From assembly GCA_030324005.1 (NCBI GenBank), contig JARDVH010000130.1, positions 12,980,579 through 13,044,524 on the forward strand: a DNA stretch of 63,946 bases, given 5' to 3'. The position numbers and the translations under genes are program-made. Of this stretch, positions 50,400 through 62,760 are shown in pieces; position 1 is the first letter of the stretch; every line of letters begins with the position of its first letter. A model generated the notes under the pieces. The model ran no database searches and was not told the DNA's origin. It worked only from the letters and a program-made list of their open reading frames with translations. The stretch is from Negaprion brevirostris (Eukaryota).

Positions 50400-50650
50400 T
50401 TTCCTGCCCCTTTTCCTGCCTCTGTATTTGCTTAACACTTATTACATCTCTCACTTTCCAGTTCTGACGAAAAATCATCAACATCAAAATGTTTTTCTGT
50501 TTTTCTCTCTCTACAGATCCATAGAGTCCTTTACAGTGCAGAAGGAAACCACTTGGCCCATCAAGTCTGCACCAACTCTATGAAAAAGCATGCTACACAG
50601 GGCCACCCCTTTCACCCTATCCCCACGTATTTACCACAGCCTATCCAGCT
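50400..50650. mobile_element. Penelope 3' remnant (+, ctgacga at ~50464) abutting a SINE tail (-, 50520-50650)
   Basis: ccagttctgacgaaaaatcatc...ctctctacagat; catagagtcc..cagtgcagaagga. Confidence 0.55.
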
Positions 50651-50719
50651 GCACTGAAGGAAGGGAGCTCAAGTAATTTAACTCAGCAATAGTGAAGGAA
50701 CTGCAATANNNNNNNNNNG

Positions 50720-51165
50720 TGAAATTTGCAGGTGTAGGGTTCTTACCTGTATCTGCTGCCTTTGTCCTTCCAGTTGGTCAAGGTCTAAAGTATGGCATGT
50801 GTTGTTGAAGGAGCCTTAGTGGATTGCTCAATTGCATCTTGTTAATGGTACACAGTGCTGCCACTGTGCATTGTTGGTGGATGGAGTGAAGAGATATTGT
50901 GGTGGATGCTCTATTCTGGATGGTGATAAGCTTCCTGAATGTTGTTGGAGCTGCAAGCAAGTGAAAAGTATTCCATCACCGCTGATTTATGCTTTGGAAA
51001 TAGATGGTGGATGAACTTTGGGGAGTCAGGAGGTGAATTATTCACCACAGTGTTCCCAGCCTCTTACCTACTGTTGTGACCACTGTAATTATAGGGCTGG
51101 TCCAGCTCAGTTTTTGTCAATGGTAATACCCAGGATGTTGACAGTGGGGGATTTATCAATGGTAG
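50720..51165 (-). mobile_element. L2/CR1-group LINE fragment (RT C-terminal region)
   Basis: Parallel to 51360-51850 (ccaggatgttgacagtgggggat...). Confidence 0.75.
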
Positions 51166-51171
51166 TTTTCT

Positions 51172-53140
51172 TCTAATTTATTTATGGGATGTGGGCATCA
51201 ATGACTAAGCCATCATATGTTACCCATCACTATTTGCCCTCAAGAAGGTGATGGTGAGCTACCTTCTTGAACTGCTGCGGTCCTCATGGTGCAGATACAC
51301 CCACAGTGCTGTTAAGGAGGGGTTCCAGAATTAGGATCCAGTGACAGTGAAGTTTTCCAAGTCAGGATGGTGAGTGATTTGGAGGGGAATTTCCAGGTGT
51401 TAGTATTCCCATGTTTCTACTGCCCCTATCCTTCTGAATGGTAGCAGTCATGGGCTTGGAAGGCCTTCCAACAGAGCCTTGGTCGTCTTCTGCCGTGCAC
51501 TTGTAGATAGTGCACACTATTGCTTCTGTTGTTTGTTGGCAGGGGGCGTAATTGTTTGTGGATGGGATGTCAATCAAATAGGTTTCTATGTCCTGAACGG
51601 TGTTGAGCTTCTTGAGCATTGTTGGAGCTTCACACATCCGGGCAAGGGAAGAGTGTTCCATCACACTGATGACATGTGTCTTGGAGATGGTCAACAGAAT
51701 TTGGGGAATCAGGAGGTGAATGGTTTGCTGGAGAATTCTGAACATCTGACCTGCTCTTGTAGTCACATTTATATTACTAGTCAAATTAAGTTTCTGGCCA
51801 ATAGTAACCACCAGGATGTTGACAGTGAGGGATTCAGCGATGGTAATGCCATTGAATGTCAAGGGATGATGGCTAGATCCTCTCTTGTTGGGATGGTTAT
51901 TGCCTGATACTTGTGTAGCACAAATCTTGCTTGCTGTGAGTTGTTAGATTCCTTCAATGTGTATCCCCTTTAGCATGCTAGTGGTGCCACACAACATGAT
52001 GGAGGGTATCCTCAATGTGAAGACAGGACCTCATTCATCTCAAACTGTATGGTGATCATTTCTACCAATACTGTCATAGATGCATCTGTGGAAGATAGGT
52101 TGTTGAGGATGAGTATGTGTTTCCCTCTTGTTGGTTCCCTCATCACCTGCCACAGTTTAGCAGCTATGCCCTTTCAAACTTGGCCAGCCTGGTTTGTGGT
52201 GGTGCTAGCACAGCACTCTTGGTGATGGACATTGAAGACCCCACACACAGTGCATTTTGCACCCTTGCCACACTCAAGGGTGATTTTTTCCATCCTGCTT
52301 GCTACGGGAAACGTAGCGGGCGAGAGGCAGACCATGCAAAGCTCTGTGAACTTCAGGTGGGATTTTCCAGTTTTGGGGTGAGCACGGCTGGAAAATCCTA
52401 CCCTCAAATCTTTCCTCCAAGTGGTGTTCAGCATGGAGCATGGTGAGGTAGTACGTGGTAATCAGCAGGAGGTCTCCTTTCCCATGTTTGACCTCATGCC
52501 AAGAGACATCATGGGCTCCTGAGCTGATGTTAAGGACTTGCAGGGTATCTCCCTCCCGACTTCATACCGCTATGCTGCCACCTCTGTTGGATATGACTTT
52601 CCAGTGTGGCAGGACATACCTCAGTGATGGGACGTTATTTGCAAGGTATGATTCCATGAATATGATTATGTCAAGCTATTGCTAGCCTGCAAAACAGCTC
52701 TCATAATTTTGACACAGGCCTCTGATGATAATAAGCAGGGCTTTGTAGGTTGGATTTGCCATTGTCATTTCCAGTGCCTGGGTCAATGCCAGCTGTCAGT
52801 CTGGTTTCATTACTTTTTCTTAATTTTGTAGTAATTTGATGCAACTAAGTAGCTTGCTAGATCTTTTCAGAGGCATCTGAGAGCCAATCACATTGCAGTG
52901 GGTTTTGGGTCACATGTAGGCCAGACCACGTAAGATTTCCTTCCGTAAAGAACATTAGTGAACCAAATGGGCTTTTATGACAATCGGCAATGGTTTCATG
53001 GTCATCATTAAACTTGTAATTCCAGATTTTTATTAAATACAAATGTCACCATCTACTGTCATAGTTTTGAAACCCAGGACCCTAGAACGTGACCCTCAGT
53101 TTCTGGATTACTAATCCAGTGACAACACAATGTCACCACC
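51172..53140 (-). mobile_element. Internally deleted L2/CR1-group LINE with tRNA-SINE-like 5' head
   Basis: APE remnant VCGVFNVHHQE..STTTNQAG; RT C-terminus TFNGITIAESLTVNILVVTIGQKLNLTS...LKKLNTVQD; 3' end at ~51172; head 52840-53140 matches SINE 33722-33985. Confidence 0.75.
52277..52403. mobile_element. ~127-bp Harbinger-like MITE nested in the LINE
   Basis: agggtgattttttcc / ggaaaatcctaccc; TCA on both flanks (52274-52276, 52404-52406). Confidence 0.65.
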
Positions 53141-53449
53141 AACGTGACATTGTGATGATTGGGGAGATGATTGGATTCTCATTTGTTGGAGATGGTCACT
53201 GCCTGGCACTTCTGTGATGCAAATGTTATTTGCCACTTATCAGTGCAAGCCTGGATATTGTCCAGGTCTTGCTGTGGATGTCACAAACTCTGTTTCAGCT
53301 GGCCCCATGATACAGCCGGCAGCACACAGAGGCAGCCAGCAGTGAGGTAGACACTTAGGCTTCAATTGCCATGAAGACAGAGAGGCTCTCTGATATTACA
53401 AACATGGCTGCAGAGAACTGGATCACAAGTCCCACCCTGAACATTTGCA

Positions 53450-54020
53450 CCAGTTAGAATCATAGCTAGCACAAAGAAGATGATTATGGTTGTTGGGGGT
53501 GAATCATCTCCACCTGGAAGGTTGGCATGGTGGCACAGTGATTAGTACTGCTGCCTCACAGTGCCAGGGGCATGGGTTCAATTCTGGCCTTGGGTGACTG
53601 TGTGTGTGAAAATCAGTACATGGTGCTCCCATAATCCAAAAATGTGCAGATTGGGTAGATTGGCCATGCTAACTTATCCCTTAGTGTCCCAAAATGTGTA
53701 GATTAGGGGATCAGCAGAGCAAATATGTGATAGAGCAGGGGGTGGACCTAGGTAAGATGCTCTGTCAGAGAGTCGATGTAGAATCGATGGGCCACAGTAG
53801 AAATTCTATGATTCTATGATCTCAGTCCCGGCACATCACTACGGGAGTTCTTCAGGGTGATGTCCTAGATCCAGTCACTTTCAGATGTTTCATCAATGAC
53901 CTGCCATCCATTATAAGATCAGAAGTGGAGAGGTTCATCAATGATTGCACAATGTTCAGCATCATTCATGACACCTCAGATAGTGAAGCAATACCTGATC
54001 AATATTCAGGCTTGGCGTAC
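53450..54020 (+). mobile_element. LINE RT fragment split by a tRNA SINE (~53525-53820)
   Basis: GVLQGDVLDPVTFRCFINDL...FINDCT; SINE ggcatggtggcacagtgattag...attctatg. Confidence 0.75.
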
Positions 54021-54199
54021 CAGTCTAACATCCTCTTCTCACTAAATCCACATGTCTGTAACTATTTAGCAATGGCCTGAATATCACACAAACACAGCAC
54101 TACACATTCACTGCCAGTCATCTCTCTCTCTTGCAGGACAAGTTTGCCCACAGTAGAAGGAAGCAGAGCGAACTAGTGGGACATAAGGAATACCTACAT

Positions 54200-54520
54200 C
54201 TCCTAATCCCAATGGAGATTATTGTCTGCATCATTACAGGAAGGATGTGGAAGCTATTGAAAGGGTGCAGAGGAGATTTACAAGGATGNNNNNNNNNNNN
54301 NNNNNNNNNNNNNNNNNNNNNNNNNNNNNNNNNNNNNNNNNNNNNNNNNNNNNNNNNNNNNNNNNNNNNNNNNNNNNNNNNNNNNNNNAAGCTGTGATAC
54401 AACCAGAAAGAATGCTTTCTATGATGCATCTGCAAAAGTTGGTGAGAGTCGTGACTGAAATGTCAAATTTCCTTAGTCTTCTGAGAAACCAATGGTGACA
54501 GTGGACTTTCTTAATTATAC
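54200..54520. mobile_element. CR1 (+) and Rex1-like (-) fragments around a gap
   Basis: EAIERVQRRFTRM on +; FLRRLRKFDIS...RCIIESILSGCITA on -. Confidence 0.75.
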
Positions 54521-55604
54521 TTAATCCTTTGGTTGTAGAATTGAAACTTTGACTTCCCCATTCTGGAAACTCCCAGCACCTCAAGGTGGAGGTAATACCT
54601 TTGATAGACTCTAGCTAGCAACCAGCAACGTCAGAACTTTTCATTCCAGGATGGCAAGAAAAACTGCTTCTAATATAGCAGAATTTCCAATACCAGGGAG
54701 AGAGGCACAGTAATTCTGCCTTTCAGCCTGACATCCAAACAACTTCTAGCAGCCAAAACTGAAAGTAAGAACTCTTGGACAGAGTTTAAAAAAAACTGCC
54801 CCAGCAGACCTGTCCCACAACAATTGGACAGTCTTGTTTTCAGGGAGTTGATTCGAGCTGCCCTATGTTGGTGGTGACGGTGAAACCTCTTTGTGATCTG
54901 TGCAGTTCTTTAATCTGTCTGATGGCAGAATGAGTTAAACTAAGCGATGTGAAGCTTGGTTTGAATCACTCAACTGTTTTATTCCACTATAGGACAAGCA
55001 TTCAGAGTAATACTTAGGATAAGGTTCATTTCGTTCAATCAGTGAAACTGGCTTGCTCTATTTAAACTAAGTTGCATTCTGTCCACATTCAGCAATCCAT
55101 GACTGGCAGTAACAAGCGTCCTTTTGTCACGCAGCCTACGATTAGACACAATTTCCAGACTGGATCCTGCTACAGGCAGGAGGGACACAAGCAGGAGGAG
55201 GAAAGGCAAATCCGTAAAGCTTGCTGAGTGGATGCTGTGGGGGAATGGGACATGAAAGGATCTAGATGGTTGGTGTTGTCTAAATGCAAACAGTTAAAGG
55301 TGACCAGCCTTGATACGCCGACTCAAATCCTAGTTAGAGGATTCGATAAGGGATGATTCACAGGCCAGAGGACAGGTCACTGAAGGTGAAGAATGCTATA
55401 ACTGAGTGGAGGCTGGACAGAAGTCAGGCTTTGGCTTCAGACAAGGATCTCTGAGGCCCTGCCTAGCTAAAGATGCTCTGCATCCATTCCACATGAGAGC
55501 ACTGCAAGGACTCATAATATCATCCTCTGTGGCACAATCAGAATGGTTTTTCAACAATTCCAATTCCAATTCCAGTTCCAGGGCATATAGTAGATGTAGC
55601 ACAT

Positions 55605-56055
55605 GTTTCATTAAATCCCTACAATGCAGAAGAAGCCATTCAGTCCATGGTATCTGCACTGACTCTCTAAGAGAATATTTTACTCAGGCCTTCTCCCCCC
55701 ACCCGATCCCGTGAAACCTACACAGTTATTATGGCTAATCCATCTAACCTGCACATCTTTGAACATTAAGGGACAATTTAGTGTGGCAAATCCACTTAAC
55801 CTACGCATCTTTGGAACTAAGGGGCAATTTACTGTGGCCAAACCACTTAACCTACACATCTTTGGATACTAAGAGGCAATTTAGCATGGCCAATCCATCT
55901 AACCTGTACATCTTTGGAGTGTGGGAGAATACCAGAGCACCAAAAGGGAACCCATGCAGACATGGGAAGATCGTACAAACTTCGCACAGTCACCCAAGGC
56001 TGGAATCGAACGAGCTGTGGGACAACAGAACTAACCACTGTGCCACCATGCTGCC
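55605..56055 (-). mobile_element. tRNA SINE with four tandem copies of a ~50-bp internal unit
   Basis: tggc.aa.cca..taacct.cacatcttt...ta.agg..caattta repeated at ~55731, 55782, 55832 and 55885. Confidence 0.9.
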
Positions 56056-57489
56056 CAACATAGGGTATCCTGACACATAACTGTGTATGTTGAGGAATGA
56101 TCTTTGCAGGTGAAGCACCTTGGGGGCTGGATTCATTGCCCTTCTCCAATGAATAAATCAAGAATCTGGGGTTCCTCATGTGGACAAGCATGTTGGAGTC
56201 TTCACCGTCCTTCTGGGAAGATTCTCCAGTCCCAAAGGAAATTTTCAAATAAAAAAAAAGGAAGCCTCCAAAATAAAATGTTGACAAAAGACAAACCCAA
56301 TATACAGCAGAAAAAAACCTTTATCCAATAGTATAAAAAAAAGACGGAAGTTAAACCTATAAGTTTCTGCGATCAGGCTTTCTCATCTACTGGGCTCATT
56401 CTAATGGTGTATAATTCAATGGAATTTCAGAGATTGGACTGAAATTTAGACATTAAATGTTACTCTATCCTAAGCACAGCTAGAACATGCATCTTACACC
56501 TAGCATCGCTTTCAGCAGAGTTTAGGGCTGAACTGGTTATAATTGGCTCCTTGAGTCTCAAATACCAACACATACCTCCACCCAGATAATTCTATCAGTT
56601 TTGCGCCAGAGGAAAATCATGAGATTTTTTGCGGCGGATTAATCACAACTTTGCCGCGTACATTTTTGTGAAATGGCTGGAGAACAACATTTATAGCTCT
56701 GGAGTCTGTATTTTTCCTTACTTCAATATTTCCACTTGCAGTCATTTGCGTGATATATTGCTGCAATAAACATATTGCGCTGTCTGAAAAAAACTGTCAT
56801 AGTTGCAGAAAGATGAATGGTAAAGATCAGGAAAGCACTGCAGCTCCCCCGTTAGCCATCAAAAAGACTGTGGGAGATCGCAAAGACTTTTCTTTAAAGT
56901 ACACGCCACAAATGACACAGAGCTGGAAAATGGCCAATGGGCAATTTCTGTCAATAAAAGCACTTGCTTCACTGTGGATGAAGAAGTATTGCAAGTCTAG
57001 TAGTTGTAGTTACGACAGGAATTATTCCAGTGACAAGCTGCTGAATTCAACAAGTCCCTAGTTGTAGCAGATTCTAATAGATAATTCCAGATGTGTTGTG
57101 TAGTATGAAGGAGAAATTTCCATTCATCAGTGATGTGCTCCTTGTACTTTTTGACTCTTGCTAATCTGTCTTCATTTGCATTTGCAACAACTTCCAACAA
57201 AGCAGTTGTTCTCTATTAAGGAAATTCTCTGCTTTTTTATTCTTCCTGCCCAACTGAACAACTCCACATTTTGGTTTCCACTGCAAACTCCAGGCCTTTA
57301 GTGTAGCTCCAGCTTTTCACCCTCTTTAGCCCAAGAATTTCACTGTTTCAGCATCATTTTCTTAACCATGGGGTCAGAGAATAGTATTGCGCCTGAAGGA
57401 AGCCATTCGGTCTATCGAGTCTGTGCCAGCTCTATCAAAGAGCAATCCAGTTAGTCTACATGGAGATATAATAATGTAATCTCATATTT

Positions 57490-57892
57490 TGAGCTCGGTC
57501 TTTTCTCCTTAGAGAGACGAAGGATGAGAGGTGACCTGATAGAAGTGTATAAGATGTTGACAGGTATAGATCAGGTGGATTCTCAGAGGCTTTTTCCAAG
57601 GGCTGGAATGGTTGCTACAAGAGGACTCAGGTTTAAGGTGCTGGGGAGTAGGTACAGAGGAGATGTCAGGGGTAAGTTTTTCACTCAGAGGGTGGTGGGT
57701 GAGTGGAATCAGCTGCCATCGGTGGTGGTGGAGGCAAATTCGATAGGTCTTTTAGGAGACTTCTGGATGAGTACATGGGACTTAATAGAATTGAGGGTAT
57801 AGGTAAGCCTAGTAGGTATGGATATCATTGGCGCAACTTGTGGGCCAAAGGGTCTGTTTGTGCTATAGTTTTTCTATGTTCTGTGTTCTATG
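57490..57892 (+). mobile_element. CR1 LINE 3' end
   Basis: MRGDLIEVYKMLTGIDQVDSQRLFP...FFTQRVVGEWNQLP; ttctatg tail. Confidence 0.9.
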
Positions 57893-58399
57893 GAGCCAGC
57901 TGAAATGAGTTTACAGTTGATGCTATGTTCCTAACTTATTCTCCTTCTCAACCCTTATCCTGTTATCTGATATACTGAGCAAGCTGCTGAAGTTGTGACT
58001 GTGGACATCTTCTTCCTTCCCATCCCAGCAGTTCTTTCTCAACTAACCTTCTCCCGCCCACTTCCTGCTCTCTGACTCCAAAAATGTCCACCTGCCCAAC
58101 AGCTCATAGAGGAAGATAGACGGCAACAGCACATTATTGATGTAGAGGCACTGGCATTTGATTGGGGACTCCCAGTTATCAGCTCAGATACTGACATACA
58201 GCTTTGAAGCTTGTATAGAGCTGAGATCAGCGTATGGTGAATCATCAGATACAAACTAGCTACAGCAAAATGAGGAGGAATCAATGGTTTGTCAGCTTAC
58301 CAGAAGTTAAGTTCCTGCCGCAAACAATGATCTCAATGGGACAGCATAGAAGAGAGTGTTGAAATATTGGGTGCATTGCTTCACCTTCAAGACAGCCTC

Positions 58400-59385
58400 C
58401 TCTCACCATCATGGAACATTGAGGCATGAGTTTTATGGCAATGGAAGAGACCCTTCTGCCCATCGGATGTGCATTGGCCATCAAGCACCTTTCTATTCTA
58501 ATACCATTTTCCAGCACTTGGTGCATAGCTTTGTATGCTATGGCATTTCAACTGTCCATCTAAATACTTCTTATATGTTGTGACAGTTCCTGCCTCTACC
58601 ACTCTTTCAGGCAGTGAGTTCCAGATTCCCAGCATCATTGGGTGAAAAAAGTTTTTCTCAATTCCCCTCTAAATCTCCTGCCCTTTACTTTAAATCTATG
58701 CCACTGGTTATTGACCCCTCTTTTGGGAAAAGATTCCTTCAAACTACCTTGTCAAGGTCCCTCTAATTTTGTGTTCCTCAATTAGGTCCCTCCCATGCCT
58801 TCTGTACTCTAAGGAGAACAATACCAACCTCGCTTCATAGTTGAAATGCTCCAGCCCAGGTAACATCCTGGTAAGACCATAAGACAAAGGAGCAGAATTA
58901 GGCCACTCGGCCCATCAGTTCTGCTCCTCCATTCAATCATGGCTGATATTTTTCACATCCCCATTCTCCTGACTTTTCCCCATAACCCTTGATCCCGTTA
59001 TTAATCAAGAACCTATCTATCTCTGTCTTAAAGACACTCAATGACTTGGCCTCCACAGCCTTCTGCAGCAAAGAGTTTCATAGATTCACCACTCTCTGGC
59101 TGAAGAAATTCCTCCTCATCTCTATTTTAAAGGATTGTCCCTTCAGCCTGAGGTTGTGCCCTCTGATTCTAATTTTTCCTACGGATGGAAAAATCCTCTC
59201 TACGTCCACGCTATCCAGGCCTAGCAGTATCCTGTAAGATCTCCCCCTCATTCTTCTAAACTCCAATGAGTTACAGACCCAGAGTCCTCAACTGTTCATC
59301 ATATGACACGCTCTTCATTCCAAGGATCATTCTTGTGAATATCCTTTGCACCCTTTCTAGCGCAATCATATCTTTCCTATAATGT
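58400..59385 (-). mobile_element. Older CR1 fragment with a younger CR1 3' end nested at ~58872-59340
   Basis: Two CR1 3' regions; the inner one starts taagaccataagac and encodes EMRRNFFSQRVVNL. Confidence 0.85.
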
Positions 59386-60109
59386 GACGTCAAGAACTAC
59401 GAAGCATGGCAGATGTCATTGTGCAGAGTTTGCCNNNNNNNNNNNNNNNNNNNNNNNNNNNNNNNNNNNNNNNNNNNNNNNNNNNNNNNNNNNNNNNNNN
59501 NNNNNNNNNNNNNNNNNNNNNNNNNNNNNNNNNNNNNNNNNNNNNNNNNNNNNNNNNNNNNNNNNNNNNNNNNNNNNNNNNNNNNNNNNNNNNNNNNNNN
59601 NNNNNNNNNNNNNNNNNNNNNNNNNNNNNNNNNNNNNNNNNNNNNNNNNNNNAGAAGCTCTTATAAATTATCTTACCTACAAGTTGTGTGTCTCACATTT
59701 AAATAACATTAGTGCAGAACCTATTTTGCAACTCAACTCTTGATCTTTATAGATTGATGTGCAAATTTGTTGTCTGGTCTAATAAAATCCACGTTAGGCT
59801 TGGAAGACTGTGTAACATCAGGATATCATTTTTTCTACAGATACTCTGGGATGCACACACAGGTGAACTTCTCAAGATGAGAGGCTAGGCAGTCCATGCA
59901 AGAAACCGTAGCTGCTTTGGAACGAGCACCTCCAGGAGGACACAGGACTTGGGAATGGCAACTCCAGCAGAGATAAAACACTCACCCAAAATTTATGTCA
60001 GCTTAGAAGCTGGCAGTGAAAGTATCACCTGCCCTGACTATCACATCAAAAGGTTACACATTACTCCAGGTACCTGCTTTGCAGCAGGTCTCAAGTGCAA
60101 TTCCTACTC

Positions 60110-60357
60110 ATTGCCCCAGTAAGTTCAATTCTGGCCTTGGGTGACTGTATGAGGATTGCGTGTTCTCACCATGTCTGTGTGAGTTTCCTCCGTGTGCTCT
60201 GGTTTCCACCCACAGTCCAAAGGTAAGATGGATTGACCCTGGTAAAATGTGTGGGTTCACAGGGGAGAGGGCTTGGATAAGATGCTCTGTCAGAGAGTTG
60301 ATGCAGACTCGATAGGCTGAATGGCCTCTTCTGCACTGTAGAGATTCCATGATTCTA
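60110..60357 (+). mobile_element. tRNA-derived SINE (5'-degraded)
   Basis: gttcaattctggccttgggtgactgt...cttctgcactgtagagattccatgattc. Confidence 0.8.
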
Positions 60358-61119
60358 AATGCTTGCTGCACAAGTAAAGTGAGGTCTATTTTCTTCTCAG
60401 GATCCTGTGCTTTTTGTAAGTAACAGAGGGACGAAATTGACAGGTCATCCCCATCAGTAACAAGTTTAGCAAAATTACTAATGCTATTGATAGAAAAGAT
60501 AATGTTTTAAAATCATTAATTAAAAGAAGAAATATGATGCTATAAATAAGCGTTTACACTTTGATTTCCTGTATCTGGTAAAGAACAGATGACTGAATTT
60601 TCAAAAATTCTGTCCATATAGACTTGAGAGCCAATTCATATGCAGGGACAGAGCAATGTGATCTTATCACAAAAGCATAAAGCTTACTAATTGACTGTGA
60701 CAAGATGGACACACTAAAGTTTACACAAATAGTTGCAACCAATACAATTTGTTCAGAAGCAAATTAGAGGCAGTCAGGCCAATTAAAGGTCAGGCTTTCT
60801 GCTGTCCTTCATAAATTAAGATATCCAGGATATAGTTGTTCCAGTACATCATTCCAGTACTTACCTCCATCATTCCTTATAAAAGGTACCAACCCTTGAA
60901 TCATTGAAATCATTAGCCACGGATTATTTTGACAAAAATGAAGCATTTTTATCAATGTAGGATTATGTTTTGGGTTCCTTCTTACTGGTCACAATGCACA
61001 TATGGTAGAGTTAGATCTGTTAGCTGGTTCACCAAGCCACTAAAAATATACCTTCCAGCCTTGTTTACTGAAGGTTTATTGAGAACCCCTTGGTTGCACC
61101 GTTGACAGTAAAGTCCAGC

Positions 61120-62760
61120 ACTTTGCTGATGATTGAGAATAGACTGATGAGGCATTATTTGGCTGGTTTGGGTATTTCCTGCTTTTTTTATGAACAGTAC
61201 ATCCCAGGGCAATTTTCCATACTGTGTTGCAGGTGGAACAGCTCAGCTATGTGTGTGGCTAGTTCTGGAGCACAAGCCTTCTGTATTAGTGCTAGGATGT
61301 TACTGGGGCCCGTGGTGTTTGCCGTGTCCAATGGTTCAACTGTTTCTTGATATCACGCTGAGAGAATCAAATTGGCTGAAGACTGGCATCTGTCATGCCA
61401 GGAACCACAAAAAGAGCTGAAATGGATCATCCATTCAGCAATTCTGGCTGAAGATAACTGCAATTGTTTTAACCTAGTCTTTTATTCTGACCTGCTCTGA
61501 GATCTCCCAACAATTGGGATGAGGATATTTGTGAGATATCCTTCTCCCACTAGTTGTTCATTTGTCACCACCATTCCTAGATGTGGCAGGACTGCAGAAC
61601 TTTGTTTTATTCCATTGATTGTGGGATCACTTAGTTCTCTCAGCTAAGTTGTTGCATCCACAGTTTAGCATGAATGTGGACCCCTGTTGTAGCTTCATCA
61701 GGTTGACATCTCATTTGTATGTGTGCTGGGTGGGTCGGATCTCAAAAGGTGATGAGATGGAATACAGGAAAGAGATAGAGAATCTGGAGAACTAGTGCGA
61801 CGATAATAATCTCTCCCTCAATGTCAGCAAAACAATGGAGATAGTCATAATCTTCAGGATGCGTAGTGGACAACATGTCCCTGTCTGCGTCAATGGAGAT
61901 GAAGTGGAAATGGTTGACAGCTTCAAGTTTCTAGGTGTCCAGATCACCAACAACCTGTCCTGGTCCTTCCATGCCAACATTATAGTTATGAAAGCCCACC
62001 AATGCCTCTAGTTTCTCAGAAGACTATGGAAATTTGGCATGTCAGCTACGAATCTCACCAGCTTTTACAGATGCACCATAGAAAGCTTTCTTTCTGGTTG
62101 TATCACAGCTTGGAATAGTTCCTGCTCTGTCCAAGACCACAGCTACATTGAACAGCTGAAGATGCAATTCAGAGTGTAGTCAGAGTCAATGGATGCAAAG
62201 CAAATCAGCCTCCCATCCATTGACTCCATCGACTCTTCCTGCTGCCTTGGAAAAGCAGCCAGCATAATCAAGGACCTTACACACCCCCGACACACACACT
62301 TCCACCTTCTCCTGTCGGGAAAAAGATACAAACATTTGAGGTCACGTACCAACCGACTCAAGAACAGCTTCCTCCTTGCTGCCATCAGACTTTTGAACAG
62401 ACCTACCCTGCATTAAGTTGGTGTTTCTCTGCACCCTAGCTATGACTGTAACACTACATTCTGCACCCTCTCCTTTCCTTCTCTATGCATGGTATGCTTT
62501 GTCTGTATAGTGTGCAAGAAATAATATTCTTCACTGTATACCAACACGTGACAATAATAAATCAAATCAAAGTGCTGGCATGTTCTCATCCACTTCTCAT
62601 TGAAGCCGGGCTGGTCCCTTTTCTTGATGCTAATGGTGGACTGATGATAGATAATGGTAGGCTGGCCCATGAGGCCATAGATTTTCATTGAATACAATGA
62701 TGCTGCTGTTGATGGCCCACAGCTTCTAGATCTGATCTGAATTGATCCTGTTTCACATAG
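61120..62760 (-). mobile_element. L2/CR1-group LINE fragment hosting a Rex1 insertion
   Basis: Typical minus-strand LINE ORF2 remnants on both sides of 61730-62571. Confidence 0.65.
61730..62571 (+). mobile_element. Rex1/Babar-like LINE, 5'-truncated, with 7-bp TSD
   Basis: CDDNNLSLNVSKTMEIVI.FR...VDSFKFLGVQITNNLSW...FYRCTIES; tail aataaatcaaatcaaa; TSD gtgctgg at 61723-61729 and 62572-62578. Confidence 0.9.

Noticed and set aside
12077-60357. tRNA genes at the many A/B-box motifs
   Set aside because: All continue into SINE bodies and tails; no complete cloverleaf was seen.
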